A DNA stretch of 64,000 nucleotides, taken from the NCBI GenBank assembly GCA_030704615.1, contig CM060731.1, positions 91,946,001 to 92,010,000 on the forward strand, given 5' to 3'. Numbering within the stretch: position 1 is the stretch's first letter; the number at the start of each line of letters is the position of its first letter. This DNA is from Takakia lepidozioides. Taxonomy: Eukaryota; Plantae; Bryophyta. Shown here piece by piece: positions 1-13,070 of this stretch. The notes under the pieces are model-generated. The model searched no databases. It worked only from the letters and a program-made list of their open reading frames with translations, and was not told the origin of the DNA. Made by a program: the position numbers and the translations under genes.

Positions 1-26
1 GAAAGCCTAAGTACAGCATACAAGCA

Positions 27-614
27 ATGCCAGAGGCTCCCCCGGTGTGGCCAGTGGAACCGGGATACAATTTGAGTCAGGTTGAGGCCGACGCCCTTAC
101 TGCAGCAGGATTTTGGATGGTGCAGCCCACTGACGTCCCCAGACAACCATTTCCAGTTCCACAGCCTCCACCACCGACCCCTATGAGAGCAAGAACAAAC
201 GTACGTGACAACTCTAAGCATCCTACACACCGTTGGGGAAAACCGAAGAGACGGCGACCTCCCTCAAAAGTGAACGAGACAAGGATGGGGAATGCACTTG
301 GGATGAACTATACAATCCAGAGCTCAACAGAAGTGCCCCCACCAGGCTTCGGGCGTGTGTATCAGATGGCCACGGCAGGCTCAGTTGTCCGCAATGAGGT
401 GTGCACCATCACCATTTCAGAATTATCCACCTGCAATTGCACCGACTTCCAGATCATGGCGAAGAAGGGGGCATCATACTGCCCTTGCAAGCATCTGTAC
501 TACGTGTACCTAAAGAGACTCCAGTGTAATTCCACAACTCGTCACTTCATACATGCACTAGCGTTGAGCCCCGACGAGATGTACACTCTTCTGAATATGG
601 ATCCAGGGGACTGA
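27..614 (+). CDS. SWIM zinc-finger protein, probably the 3' end of a transposon-encoded ORF (may be 5'-truncated by the window)
   Basis: SWIM signature CxC-x13-C-x-CKH (CNCTDF...YCPCKHLYYVY). It lies about 0.9 kb inside a GCTCATG-repeat terminus ending at 1514. Confidence 0.7.
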   Translation: MPEAPPVWPVEPGYNLSQVEADALTAAGFWMVQPTDVPRQPFPVPQPPPPTPMRARTNVRDNSKHPTHRWGKPKRRRPPSKVNETRMGNALGMNYTIQSSTEVPPPGFGRVYQMATAGSVVRNEVCTITISELSTCNCTDFQIMAKKGASYCPCKHLYYVYLKRLQCNSTTRHFIHALALSPDEMYTLLNMDPGD

Positions 615-1420
615 GCTTGGCTTGCGGGGCACAAGACAATGTCACGCCCATCTTTTTTGGAGTTTCAGTTATAGTAGAACTGTACTACTGCAAGTACCTC
701 TAACTTTGGCTACAGAAAGGTTTGACTTATGTCTTGTCTACCAGTAATCTTTTTTGGTCAAACTAAGATAATACTATGCCATTACCTTCTGTTTCCACGT
801 GCCTGGATTTTTGTTTTTTTTTTGGAATTCTTGTTTTTCTGCTTTCCCAAACTTTGCTTACCTCATTCGACCCCCGGCAAGAAAATGCGGCGCCGCATTT
901 CCAAGTAACGTAGTAGGTACTGGTAGTTGCAGCCTTGGTCATAGTAAGATAATCGCACCGAGTCTTCAGGGCACCGACCGTCGAGAACACTGAACCCCTC
1001 AAAATTCTTGCACGTGCGAACCGTAATGCGGCACCGCATTTCCTAGTGGAGTGACAAACCTTTCCCGCAGAATGCAGGAAGAAGCAAGAATTTTCAAGCA
1101 CTGCAGAATGTGTTGTTGCATTGGGATCATACAATCGTGACAGAAGGGTCAGCTTCATTCCAATGTTAGGGCATATAAAACCGCGGAATACTCTATACAC
1201 GCCAGTATGCAGCGTCCTTTTGCTGTGGTATACTGAATTTCTCATTGCACGGTCAGTTTTTTCCATGAGCAAATTTACAAAACCATGAGCGAAATTGTTA
1301 CTCACGACATATCTTCGCCGCATTATAGGATCTGGAACTTCCAAAAACGACAATGTCAAATTAAAAACTATTATTTTAATACTTTTTTAATCTGCCGCAT
1401 TGCCAAATTTGGAGAAGTCC

Positions 1421-1514
1421 GCTCATGAAAACCGCGTGTCTTAGACTTCGGCTCACCGCTCATGCGGCTCATGGCTCATGGCTCATGGTTTCTGCTCATG
1501 AAATAGTAAACCTC
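1421..1514. mobile_element. Terminus of GCTCATG-repeat DNA element (copy 0)
   Basis: Tandem GCTCATG motifs end in ...GCTCATGAAATAGTAAACCTC, followed by TTAA. Read inward the end is GAGGTTTACTATTTCATGAGC, homologous to the ends at 11097 and 13071. Confidence 0.7.
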
Positions 1515-2020
1515 TTAAGGAACAACGAATTGCGGATGAGAGAAGGAGGAAAGGAAAAGAACCAGTACTGTAAACCGGGGAATGCTCGAGGGTCGCCATT
1601 CAATCGGAGATGAACCCGATATTAGATGTCGACCGCGTTCCAAAAGAGCGGGACATTGCCATGGCAACTGCATGGCGCTTGTCCAAAACGTTGGAGATTC
1701 GGGCATGGGTCCCACTGAATGGCGATTGGGAGAATTGGGTATAATGGACGATCCATTTGGCCTCCAGAGAAGCACGGGTAGAGCGGGCACTGTCAGGCTT
1801 GCAACGTGTCGCACGCATGTCAAACCGTAACGTGGATAACATTTATGCCAACATGCAAAGGTATAACGATCTCCGCATCGCATCAAGCGTGTTCGCCGGA
1901 TATACCAATTGGGCAGATGTGGATTCTATGTTCGATCGATGTGAGCACAGAATTTCGGGGTCGAACAGAAGCATAAACTGGGAATTGGAGATAGAGGAAA
2001 AGTGAGACACCACAACAAGG

Positions 2021-2885
2021 ATGACCAGCCACATCAAACCGGCCCAGAGGGAGGAGATACCACAAGGCGTTTTGTCGTCATGGATATCAGATGGCACGGT
2101 TTGTTCGATGTGTAGGAATCCATACGGCCCAGAGGGATGTCATGTGCTTGGATCATGTGGACATATGTTCCATCTCACATGTCTTATCCCGCAAGCCTTT
2201 GCGGACGAGCGCTTGCCCAGAATGTCGTACACCAATCCATCGCCGTTTCTATGAGCTGGTGGGCTTGGAGGATCGGATGCCCATACGTTTTGAATACAAT
2301 CGACACAACCTCCCATTGGATGGGCTACCATACACATTTCTGAATTGTGTGCATTGGGGCAAGAACTTGGTATGGGATGCAGACAGAGAGATGCATGGCA
2401 TACATGCCGGAAACCCGGCATACATCAAAGATCCCCAGTATTTCTGGGTTTCATCTGACTGGGAGATAACCATACGTGCAGGAGGCATTCGAGATTGGTG
2501 GGAGAGAGAGCAATTTTGCCGCAATCTGGGAGGGCATTGGAGTCAAAGAAGGTCCAAGTTTATCCGGCTCCCACAGGTTCCATGGGTGCCGGAGGAGAAC
2601 GAATTGTATGACCGACAACCGATTGGGAGACATTTGTTGCTGTCTGAACTGGAAGATGCTATAATATGTCAACGCCGAATGAATGAGGCGTACGAGGCGG
2701 CTTATCGTCGAAACGACACAATGATTAGGGACAGGGCCCGCGAGAGGCAGTTGGAAAGTTTCAAAAGTACCATCAAGGTAGTTATAGAGAAATGGAGGCG
2801 ACTATGGACAGACCGTTATCATCGTGTTTCGGGGGCTCTATTGCCGGATGTGGACGGCCTCGTTGCCGATTTGCATGCAGCCTGA
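2021..2885 (+). pseudogene. RING-H2 finger protein split by a frameshift near 2200
   Basis: CSMC...CGHMFHLTC in ORF 2021-2254 is completed by CPEC-RTPI in the overlapping ORF 2091-2885. Confidence 0.65.
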
Positions 2886-3540
2886 GCACTTGTTCTCGAT
2901 CCACCTCCGCCACGTCGTGAGAGTGAAGAAGGAAGTCAACTTTCGCTACGAAGTAGGCGGATGCAGGCCATAATTGATCACATGCCATTGGGCCCCTCAT
3001 TGACCACGAGATCACGGTCGCAAGCTCTGGCAATTGGCAGTGCAAATCAGGCCACAACATCAAATTCGTTGTCCTCAGACAATGACGACTAGGCTTTTAA
3101 TGACTGGCAGGGTAGTACATATACAATATGCATTTTTGTTGTACCTTGAATATTGTTGGAAAACACAGTGATGGCATTCCGCCAATTTTGTATATCACCA
3201 ATTTTGTTAATACACAATGCCCATGTGCGGCACCTGCCAATTTCAATTGCATGAGCAGCGTTTTCTTCACATTTACACTCGTGTGATGGGGAAGAAGTAG
3301 TTCACCCTGTAAACAAATTTATAATGGTGTTATATTTGGTCATGACGTGTATGTGGGTATTTGCAATGAACTCCGAAAGCTGGAGAACAAGGAAAATTGA
3401 TGTTAATCAATAAGTTATAACTAGTTACGAACGGTCGTCTTCCAAACAAATTTCGCCTGGTCCCTGCGTATTTCATAATCATTTCGCAAAATCTATGATC
3501 TTTCTACGAACATACCCACAAAGTTCTCAAAGCACAAAAT

Positions 3541-4845
3541 AATTTCGATTGATCTCATATTACACTGGCACGTATCAGAGGGTACATTGAACACACTGAC
3601 CAAGTTTCAAAGCGAACGAAAATCATTTGGATGGGCAACCATCCGTTGGCCCATTGAACGAATTTCGATTTGATCTCATATTACTCTGGAGCCTCTTACA
3701 TGGCACATTGAACATAGTGGCCAAGTCTCAAAACGAACCAAAATCATTTTGATGTCCAACCATCCGTTGAGCCATCGAATGAATTTCGATTGATCTCATA
3801 TTAGTCCGAGACTTGTGAGAGGGTGTTTCGAATGTACAGGAAAAATTTGGAAGCAAACAAAAATGATTTGGATGGGCAACCATCTGTTCACCCGTTGAAT
3901 GTATTCTGTTGGATCTGCTATTGCTTTGGAACCTGTTGGACTGTGTTTCGCGTGCTCACGATTTTTTTTTCATTCCGTTTTTTAATGGGGTGTGTAATGT
4001 AGCCATATACAACGTGCATGCCAAATTTGGGAGCGATCAAAATTCATTTGGACCCAAAACCACAGTTTCTTCCCTGTTTTGCACTCCAAACTTGATTTGT
4101 GTTCTACTTCATGCACTCTTCATAGAAAGTTTTGCAATAGTGAGCCAAGAGAACACTTTTTTTTTGGGGCATTTTTTATTGGTCCAAATTTTGGCGGGGA
4201 AGTAGCGGTGGGATACTGGAAGCCGCAGAACAAAATTGAGCCAAAAACAAAATCGATACGTGCCAGAAACCCCCAATGAAAGGCAGTGCACACCTATTTA
4301 TTGGCTTAAAATAAATTTAAATTCAATTAAATTGTGGAATGGCTTGAAGGGGGAGCGCGTCGATGGGGAGGCAAATGATTTATTCGTCTGTTGTGTCTCT
4401 GCACATGTGTCGCACACATGTTCAAGCACATGCGGGCAAAAGAGGGGCTTCAACCACATCCGTTCAATGGGTGCAATAGCCGTGCACGCATTGTAGGATT
4501 TTTTTTTCGCATTGAACAAAAACCAGATGACAAGTGAACGCCTCATTGGAGAATTGAACGAATTTTGATTGATCTCGTATTACACTGGGACGTATCAGAG
4601 GGTACATTGAACACACTGGCCAAGTTTCAAAACGAATGAAAATCATTTGGATAGGCAACCATCTATTGGCCCATTGAACAAATTTCGATTGATCTCATAT
4701 TACTCTGGGGCCTCTTACATAACACATTGAACATAGTGGCCAAGTCTCAAAGCAAACCAAAATAATTTCCATGGCCAACCATCCGTTGAACCATCGAATG
4801 AATTTCGATTGATCTGATATTAGTCCGAGACCTGTGAGAGGGTGC
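3541..4845. repeat. Two blocks (3541-3900 and 4561-4845) of three ~120-bp units starting AATTTCGATTGATCTCATATTA
   Basis: Units start near 3541, 3661, 3782 and 4561, 4682, 4801. The second block is a diverged direct copy of the first. Confidence 0.75.
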
Positions 4846-4849
4846 CTAC

Positions 4850-5354
4850 ACTGACAGACCTTAGCATACCCTCCTTCTTTGTAAGGGCCAATCTCTACCA
4901 CCTTCGCAGTAGAGTTCAGGTAATAAAGACCAGTTGTGCCTCCCCCACCCGATGACCCTGCCTTCCAATGGACAACCCTAGTCCGGCGATGTGAATTATG
5001 ACTTGCCGAATAAGCCCAATATTCAACATGCTGCATTAACTCAGCTTGGCACTCGACCCTCGGTTGCTCTACTCTTCCATGTCTTCATTAGCTGCCTCAA
5101 ATTCCACGTGGCGTCTTTCGCCCTGCTTTGGATCCACCGATTCCCTCCCATCCATGCCTGACATAAGCACTCTCAAATCTCATCATGTCCCTACCCTTGA
5201 AATAATCCACTACCATTTCTTTCACCCTATCCAAGGCATCCGGTCCCGGGTAGTCTGGCTTGTTGACCTGGCTATCCCGCTCGTGGGCACGTTTTCTCTT
5301 CCTCCGCCCCCCAGAAAACCCCGCCCCAGAACTTGAATTCACAACCCCCGACAT
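4850..5354 (-). pseudogene. Disrupted ORF ending in a kinase Gly-loop-like motif, truncated at ~4850
   Basis: ORFs 5097-5354 and 4695-5036 end in EIGPYKEGGYAKVCQC, similar to GxGGYAKV of kinase subdomain I. A TATA box lies upstream and the sequence switches abruptly into the repeat block. Confidence 0.3.
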
Positions 5355-5673
5355 TGTCTAAACCTTTGCTCACTACAAGGTCCAAAACCTCAGAAAACGG
5401 CAATGAACGTGTGTGGATGGTGTCTTCGTAGTTTTCTGCAAAAAAAACAGGCCGCCAGAGATCCGAAAACGGCAAAATGGTGATACAATGATTGAACCGT
5501 GAACAAATGTGTTGGACTGACCAATAGAAAACCGACAAAACCTCCCCCCCTAAATAATCACCTTTGCACCTCCCGTTGGCAATGCCAAGCAACGAAGTCC
5601 GAAAGGACTACAGGATGCAAAGGAACCGCACCACGAGAGGGGCAAAACTGATCAGAAAAGGAGGGGGGAATGG

Positions 5674-5681
5674 TTTATATA
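5674..5681 (-). promoter_or_regulatory. TATA box (TATATAAA) for the leftward gene
   Basis: Minus strand reads CCTATATAAACC followed by pyrimidine-rich leader-like sequence. Confidence 0.4.
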
Positions 5682-5974
5682 GGCGCCCACCAGCACCCCC
5701 CCCCCTAAAAAAATGGCATTATGCTTGAAAAGGCGCGACAGGCCAGTGGCGCCTCGCCACGTGTCAGCGCGGCGCGACTGGCCAGTCGCACCTCGCCACG
5801 CGCACCCATATGGGAGAGGTCAAGGGTTCAAAACCACCTCTCCCCATCCCATTTGTTTTGTTTTTCCTGACCCGTGGCACCTCGCCACGTGGCTGGCCAG
5901 GCGCCGCTTCATGATTAAAAATTTAAAAACAAAACGCCACACGGCGGGTCCCTGGATTTCTAAGAAAAAAAAAA

Positions 5975-6335
5975 ACACGCGACCGCTGCATGGCGGTCGC
6001 TATATTTACAAAAACAAGAAGAGCGACCGCCACATCGCGGTCGCTGTTTTTATTAAAAAAAATATTAAATAAGCGACCGCCTACTGGCGGTCGCTTAATT
6101 CAAGATTCAAAATATAAATAAGCGACCGCCGCTAAATGGCGGTCGCTTCATTTAAAAAAAATATATTAAGTAAGCGGTCGCTTAATTAAGAATCAAAATC
6201 AAATCGAGCGACCACCTCCAAATGGCGGTCGCTGTATTCTTTATTAACAAAAATAGCGACGGCCGCCAAATGGCGGTCGCTGCATTTTTCAAAAATTAAC
6301 TGAAGAAACGACCGCCAAACGGCGGTCGCTTTATT
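5975..6335. repeat. Array of GCGACCGCC-n-GGCGGTCGC hairpin motifs with AT-rich spacers
   Basis: About 8 copies, for example AGCGACCGCCTACTGGCGGTCGCT near 6072. Confidence 0.8.
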
Positions 6336-6394
6336 TAAGAATACAAATAAAAATAAGCGAGGGTTATTTTTTTCCCCCTTCTACCCTTGTTGTT

Positions 6395-8400
6395 GGAAAT
6401 GTAGCGCCGCATTTCCATCCAGCGGGGATGACTAAAAAAGCGGAGGGGGGAAAAAAAAAAACTTTTTTTGTCCCCACCCCTATGGACAGAAATGCGGCAC
6501 CCCAGCGGTGATGACAAGAGGAAAAAAAACGGTTAGGATTTTTTTTTTTTTCCCCCTTCTATCCCCTGTTGTTGGAAATGCGGCGCCGCATTTCCATCCA
6601 GTGGGGATGAGAAGGGGGGGGGGGGGGGGGGGGGGGGGGGTGGGGAAATAAATAAATAAATAAAATAAAAATTGTCCCACCCCTATGGGCGGAAATGCGG
6701 CGCCGCATTTCAATACAGCGGCGATGACAAGAGGAAAAAAAACGGTTAGGGGTTTTTTTTTTTCCCCTTCTATCCCCTGTTGTTGGAAATGCGGCGCCGC
6801 ATTTCCATCCAGCGGGGATGACAAGAGGGGGCGGGGGAGGGGGGAAAAACAAACAAAAAAAAAACAAAAACTTTTTTTGTCCCCACCCCTATGGACGGAA
6901 ATGCGGCGCCGCATTTCAATTCAATGGCGATGAGAAGAAAAAATAAAGTTAGGGTGGTTCCCCCCCCCCCCCCCCCCCTCTACCCTCTGTTGTTGGAATG
7001 TGGCGCCGCATTTCCATCTAGTAGGGATGACAAGAGGGGAAAAAAAAAAAAAAAAAAAAAAAAAAAACTAAAACTGAGAATTATTTCTTGTTTTCACCCC
7101 CTTTGGATGGAAATGCGGCACCTCATTTCAATCCAGCGGCGATGACTAGAGGAAAAACAATCAGGGGTTATTTCCCCCCTCCCCCCCTGTGGTTGAAATT
7201 GCGGCGCCGCAATTCCCATCCAGCGGGACTAGAGGGGAAAAAAGAAAAAAAACCCCGTCAAACGACTTTCAAATAGCACGGGTGGATGGCAGTCGAGACG
7301 GAAATGCGGCACCACATTTCCGTCCCGACTCGCATCCCCCTTTGCACGATGATCATCATGTGGGGAAAAGAGGTGGGCAGGATGAACCTGGCGACGGAAA
7401 TGTGCTGCCGCATATTTGTCCGGACTGACACCTACCGATCACTTTATACCTAGTGGGACGGAAATGCGGCACTGCATTTCCATCCGGGTTCCCACTGGAC
7501 CCTGCCTTCCTACCATTGTGGATGGAAATGTGGTGCCGCATTTCCGTCCTAATTGACACCTAAGCATCCTTGATACATGGTGGGATGATAATCCGGTGCC
7601 GCATTTCCGTCCGGGCTCCCATTCCACCATGCATTTTTAACAGTCTGGACGGAAATGCGTTGCCGCATTTTCGTCCGGACTGACACCTAAGCATCCCTTA
7701 ACACCTGGTGGGACGGAAATGCGGCGCCGCATTTCCGTCTGGGGTCCCACTGGACCATGCCTTTCTACCATTGTGGATGGAAATGCGGTGCCGCATTTCC
7801 GTCCAGGCTCCCATTTCACCATGCATTTTTAACAGTCTGGACGGAAATGCGGTGCCGCATTTCCGTCTGGGCTCCAACTGTACGATCCCTAAACAGGTGG
7901 TCGGATGGAAATGCGGTGCCGCATTCCCATCCAGACATTGCTTTCCCGAGAGTCTGAACGGAAACGCGCCACCGTATTTCCGTTCGGACTGATAGTGGAC
8001 CATCCCTTCATTTCTGGTGGGACGGAAATGCGGTGCCGCGTTTCCGTCCAGAAGACCACTTCAGTTTGCATACTTGGCAGTTGAAGGGAAATGCGGCGCC
8101 GCATTTCTGTCCGGACTATCATTGTACCTTTTCTTAATGACAACTTCGACGGAATTGCGGTGCCGCATTCTAGGCCCGCTACCACTTACTCTGGCAGACA
8201 GGACAGCGAAACGGAAGTGCGGCACCGCATTCCCGTCAAAGTTGCCAAACAACCTTTTCTTCATGATAGGATGGCCGCAAATCCAGCCATCCAAAATGGG
8301 GACGGAAATGCGGTGCCGTATTTCCGTCCCAGCTGCCCTCCATGCTTGCCTTCAGTAAAGAGGGTTCACGAAGGGGACGGAAATGCGGTACCGCATTTAC
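6395..8400. repeat. Array of the 22-bp palindrome GGAAATGCGGCGCCGCATTTCC
   Basis: Roughly 30 copies spaced ~50-120 bp apart. Many carry central GGTGCC/GGCACC variants (CpG transitions). Confidence 0.9.
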
Positions 8401-8942
8401 CACTGACTGCCATCCTCCCTGGCATCTTTATCCTCTTTCGTGATGCGGTAGGGAGGTATCCTGATCGAACGGCCACTAATGCCGTACCGCATTCGGTCTG
8501 TTGACTCATAGAGGCTGAAATGGCAGTTGAAGGGGTCATTGCCAACACATATTCGGAGGCGGTAATGCCGGACCGTTGCATCATCACTGACTGTCCAACA
8601 GACACTAGACCTCTATTTCTTCGAATTCAATTTTCCAGCGACGCAGGGGCCACCTACCTCACGAGGAGACACGTAGGCCCCGACCTTTCGAATCCATACG
8701 GTGCATCTCCGCTGTTTGATGTCATCTTTCGATGGTGACTCTTTCACTGCTCTAACACCCCTTCCAACACCATTCTTTGCCTCATTTCTTCTCTTTAGTT
8801 TCTCTTATGTTGCACAGCCTCATAGTGAGGTGGTGGAGGGATCGCAGGGCTCTGAAGACCCGCAGGACGAAAGGAGGAAGCTACTACAGCCCGCACACAC
8901 CCTCGACCTTCTAGCACGGGTCCTCTTGTTGGGCCTAACCTT

Positions 8943-10563
8943 GTGCGCTTCAAGGACGTGCTTTGGAAAGGTAAAGGTTTCAAGTCGAAAGCAGCAAAGA
9001 CAGAGGCAATTGACGATGAAGATGATGGAGAGTCACCAACATGGGTCGTCCCCTTCTCCAGAAAATTAAAGAGCAGGAAGCATCAGGCGGTTGTTGAGGA
9101 ATATACTACCCCATCGGATCAGTCCCCTTCCCCTACGAAGAGCAAGAAGTAGACGGGGGCGGTGGAGAATCGGACGAGAACGGAGGAGTCCCCTTCCCTT
9201 GCAAAGAGTAAGAAGCAGAAGGGGGCGAAAGCAAGGGCAGAGCAGTCTCCAGCAAAACCCCTCCACGAGTTGAAGCTCAGTTCTTGCAGGAGTTTCAGAA
9301 GGAAACCGGGGGCAACTCTGCAGAAGCTCAGGCAGCTGCTCCGACGAAGATCTCTAGCACTCCTGTCCTGGTCGATCTTTCAGCGGATGAAGGTGTTGTT
9401 TCTTAACATGGGGAGCTCGACTTCTCCTACCTGGAATAGGACTTTCGTGACAATAGGGTAGGTATGGACGACTACATTCTCCCACATGATCTGCACGGCT
9501 ACATTCCCAAGAATATAGGCACAGCTCTGGGTGGTCCATCTGAACAGCCCCTTCCCCCACCCCCAAAAATGTCGCAGGAGGATTTTCAGAGTGCAGAGAA
9601 TCAAATGTTGGAGGAGACTCACAGCAGCATTGGCAGAGTTCTTAGGACCAAGGTCTTCCCTTGCACACTGCGAATTCCACTCTATCGAATGGTCTCCCTC
9701 CTGATAGTGAGGCTTGCTCTCGCAAGGGATGTGGATAAGATGAAGTTCGCATTCCAAGAAGGCTATTGGCTGGGGTCTGCCGCCTTCTATGTTTCCATTG
9801 AGAATGAGGAAGGTGGATCGCATGCCCGACAGCAGAAGAGTTAGCAGCCTAGGGTCCCCACTGCCACACTCGCAACACGGAATTCAAAAACATGCTGAAG
9901 GATGATGCGGTGTTCGGTGGCCAGCCAAAATCCCCTCTAACCCCTCTTACTATGAAAGTGTGAAAACTGGCTCAGCAAAGAAGACACTCTTCAACCTCCC
10001 GGGGGGGCACCCGTGCGAGCTAGTGGAAATGAAGGGCAGGCCGAAGTTGGAGCCAGAAATAGTGATTCAGTGTGCGAATGAGAGTTTTTTGAGGGCATTG
10101 GATGGCGGCCGGCCGCCAAGTTAGCACACATCAAGCAAATGGAAGGCCTGAAAGCCAAAGCTCTAAGGAAGGCGACTGCAGAAGAGCCTGTAGACACTCC
10201 AGGATTTGTAGCCATGATGGATTTCTTTGCAATGACAAGTGAAGGGAAGAATTGCATGAGGCGTGGAAAACGGACCGACTGGTCATGTGATTTGATCATC
10301 TTTGGATATTCCAGATGGAGAGCCTCTGGAAGGACTGGATATTGTGCCCTCTTGGAGCAAGTATTTCTGAGGACTTTTGGAAGAAAGGGTTTGGGCTAGC
10401 CCGCATGGTATTGGATGACAAAGGTTGTGTGGTGGTCCTTGCCAGCAAAGGCAAAAACACAGAGGCGGGAATTGCCAAGTGGACCCGTAAGAGTGGCGTC
10501 CCAGTTCTGAAGAAGATGTGGACCTGCATCAACTCAATGGGCCTTCGCTCCAAGGGAAACCAG
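8943..10563 (+). pseudogene. Degenerate, internally deleted copy of the ParB-like/amino-methyltransferase gene
   Basis: MLEETHSSIGRVL...LRIPLYRMVSL...GSAAFYVSIEN (9464-9844) matches 17397-18884. DTPGFVAMMDFF...DLII/LDIPDGE...FWKKGFGLARMVLDDKGCVVVL (10139-10560) matches 14469-15734. Stops, frameshifts and deletions are present. Confidence 0.85.
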
Positions 10564-11046
10564 ATAATTACCGTACTGCCAAACAGAAACCGGTTGGCAT
10601 TTGTAACTGTGGATTGGAATGCGGTGCCAAATTTTGCTTATGAATGGGGTCCATTGGATTTCGGCGGCACGGCATCCTTGCAAAGGAATCGCGGACGATG
10701 CTGCAGGAACAGTATTTCAGCACTTAGGAGACTGTGTATGGAGATGAGAATGAGTTTGCAGACGCTGCCCTTCATTGCTTATACTCCACAAGATATTTGA
10801 TTTCCCCCCTTACAGGGACTTGCATGGATGAAGATTGGCGGCTCTATGAATGGAGCCGTTTTCAATTTCCATCTGTGCCATGGAAACCATGCGCCGCTTT
10901 TCTCATCGGACTATACGTACCCGGTGGAAATAAGGTACCGCAATTGCTTTCGCGGATCCTATGACCGCGGATAAGTACCCTATTCCTGTGGACAATCATT
11001 TCTGAAAAAAATTATTGCTCATGATTTTTTCGGCAGTTACGAGTCT

Positions 11047-11097
11047 GCTCATGGCTCATGCCGCTCATGGCTCATGGCTCATGAAATAGCAGCCCCC
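11047..11097. mobile_element. Right terminus of GCTCATG-repeat DNA element (copy 1)
   Basis: GCTCATGGCTCATGCCGCTCATGGCTCATGGCTCATGAAATAGCAGCCCCC. The last 21 nt are the exact reverse complement of 13071-13091. Confidence 0.8.
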
Positions 11098-12839
11098 TTC
11101 CTCAACCCGTCTTTCCTCAATCGGCCACAGGGTCAAGGACGTCCGTAATTTTGTGAATGATGAGGTCAATACTGCGATCGGGCATCGCAAACTCCGCGTC
11201 CATGTCCACGACGTTTGTTCGATCCTCATTGTGGACAACAGTGCCTTCATTGTTTGGAGGCATGTCTTGCAATCTAGCTATACGTATCTGAATCTGCTGC
11301 AGGCGATACGAACACCGTGAGGGCGGAGCTCCGCCCTCTTGCCATTATCGTCGCCAAACTTTGTAACCATGACCATTCTTTAGAGTACCGCTATTCTTTT
11401 AGCCTTTACGTGTTAATTCTTCATCACTTTAGTGACTCCGCTACTCTGCCAGGACCTCTACTTTAAGCCAGGGTCGCCGCCATGGCTCCTGCCCTCATCT
11501 CTCTTGCTGCTGCGAGGAGTTCTCCTCGTTCTCTCTCACGGTCGGCCACCTTGCCTTACAAGGGTATCAATGTGCTCCTTTTAGCTTTTGATGCTCTTAG
11601 AGTGGTCTTTAGTTTCCAAATCCTCTATCAAGGAGTTCGGGACCAAAATCGCCATCAACTGGTGCTCGGCGCGAAAGCTCTCTCCCTGCGATGAGGGCCC
11701 ATCTCGTGAACGGAAACTCTTCCATCCCCCCCCCCCCTCTGTATCAGGAAAGTACCTATGATGCGAAGCGCACCCAAGAATCTGCCCTTCATCTTCATTG
11801 GATCATTTCGAGGGATGGAGCTACTCAATGCTGGTTCGGGTCGCTCTTGCGACCCATATTTTACTCCGTTGGCTTTGCGGATACCCCAGCTGTTTTCTAC
11901 AAGCCCTGGCGGTCCTACTCCAAGCACGACATTCTTCCCATGGCTAGCTTGCCGACGACGAGTTCTCCTACCACCATCGCTATCGCGACCGACTACGCTC
12001 TCCCCTCTCCGCCAGCTGTGCTCTCCCTCCAAGGTCTGTAGTACAATCCTATGGCATTCCACTTCAGATGCTTCATGTTGGTCACCAGACTCGCTCACAA
12101 CCAGCCTGTCTTTCTGTGCTTTTGTAAGTTCTCAATGCTCATCTGTGGGTTGTTTTATGGTCTTCTACTTCCGAGTCTCACGTACGCGAGTTGGGCCATG
12201 TGTGGACTCAGCACTACTACTTGCTTTACCCTCTTGCATAATGTCAAAGCCACTGCGCTATCTGGAGGGCGCTGGTCTCTGGATGCCCGATCTGTTGTGC
12301 GAGTTGGCTACACCAAGCACTGCATTATTCTCATCGTGATTTCTCTTACTTCACATGTCAATGCACTCACCGCGCACCACGAGCAACCGCCAGCCATGCT
12401 GGCCCACTCTACTTTTGTTAATACGAACTCCAGCACTCCCACCCAAGATCTTGGCCTGCTTAAGCTCGAGCGGGCGACTGGAGGCCAACGGGATAGCGAA
12501 GTCGAGATGGCCAACGTTGACCTCCGCCAGACTGCTGCTGAAGACTGCGGTACGACCAGTGGATGGCTCGCCCGAATCTGCTCCAGCCTGCAAGTATCTC
12601 TCCCTTGCCAATTGCACCGCGATGGGCCTGACCCTGCCCCCACTTCGCCACTACTTCAGTAGCACAACAAGCCCAATAAGGTTAACGCTCCAATGGAAAG
12701 GTACTTTGCTAGAGCTCTTGAAGGTGAGCATCACAACCCTGAATTTCGATGTTCTAGCTCGAATGAGCAAACTCACGTCGTGTCTGGCCCCCGGAGTTAT
12801 ACATATGGGCAGATCTACATGGTGGCTTGCCATGCTGGT

Positions 12840-13070
12840 GCAATGTACAGCGTGGAGCATCACATAGACACTCAGGGCTTTCCACCATGTAGAAGTCGAG
12901 CAAACAGGCTATCAGAGTGGGAAGAGAAGGAGGTGCAATCACAAATAGAAGCGTTGATCAAACAAGGAAAAATGAGACAAAGTGCCTCGAAGTACAGTTG
13001 TCCAATCACTTTACCACCAAAAAAAGATGGGAGTAAGCGATTTTGCGGTGACTACAGACCCCTAAATCAG
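12840..13070 (+). mobile_element. Ty3/Gypsy reverse transcriptase N-terminal fragment, interrupted by a DNA-element insertion
   Basis: VEHHIDTQGFPP...SKYSCPITLPPKKDGSKRFCGDYRPLNQ stops exactly at the terminus starting 13071. Confidence 0.85.

Noticed and set aside
6395-8400. CRISPR-like appearance (palindromic repeat with variable spacers), also at 19680-21670
   Set aside because: Spacers are irregular in length and related to one another, there are no cas genes, and the context is eukaryotic and intron-containing.
11482-12867. Overlapping ORFs of 100-200 aa
   Set aside because: No recognisable motif before the RT fragment; probably degraded retroelement sequence.
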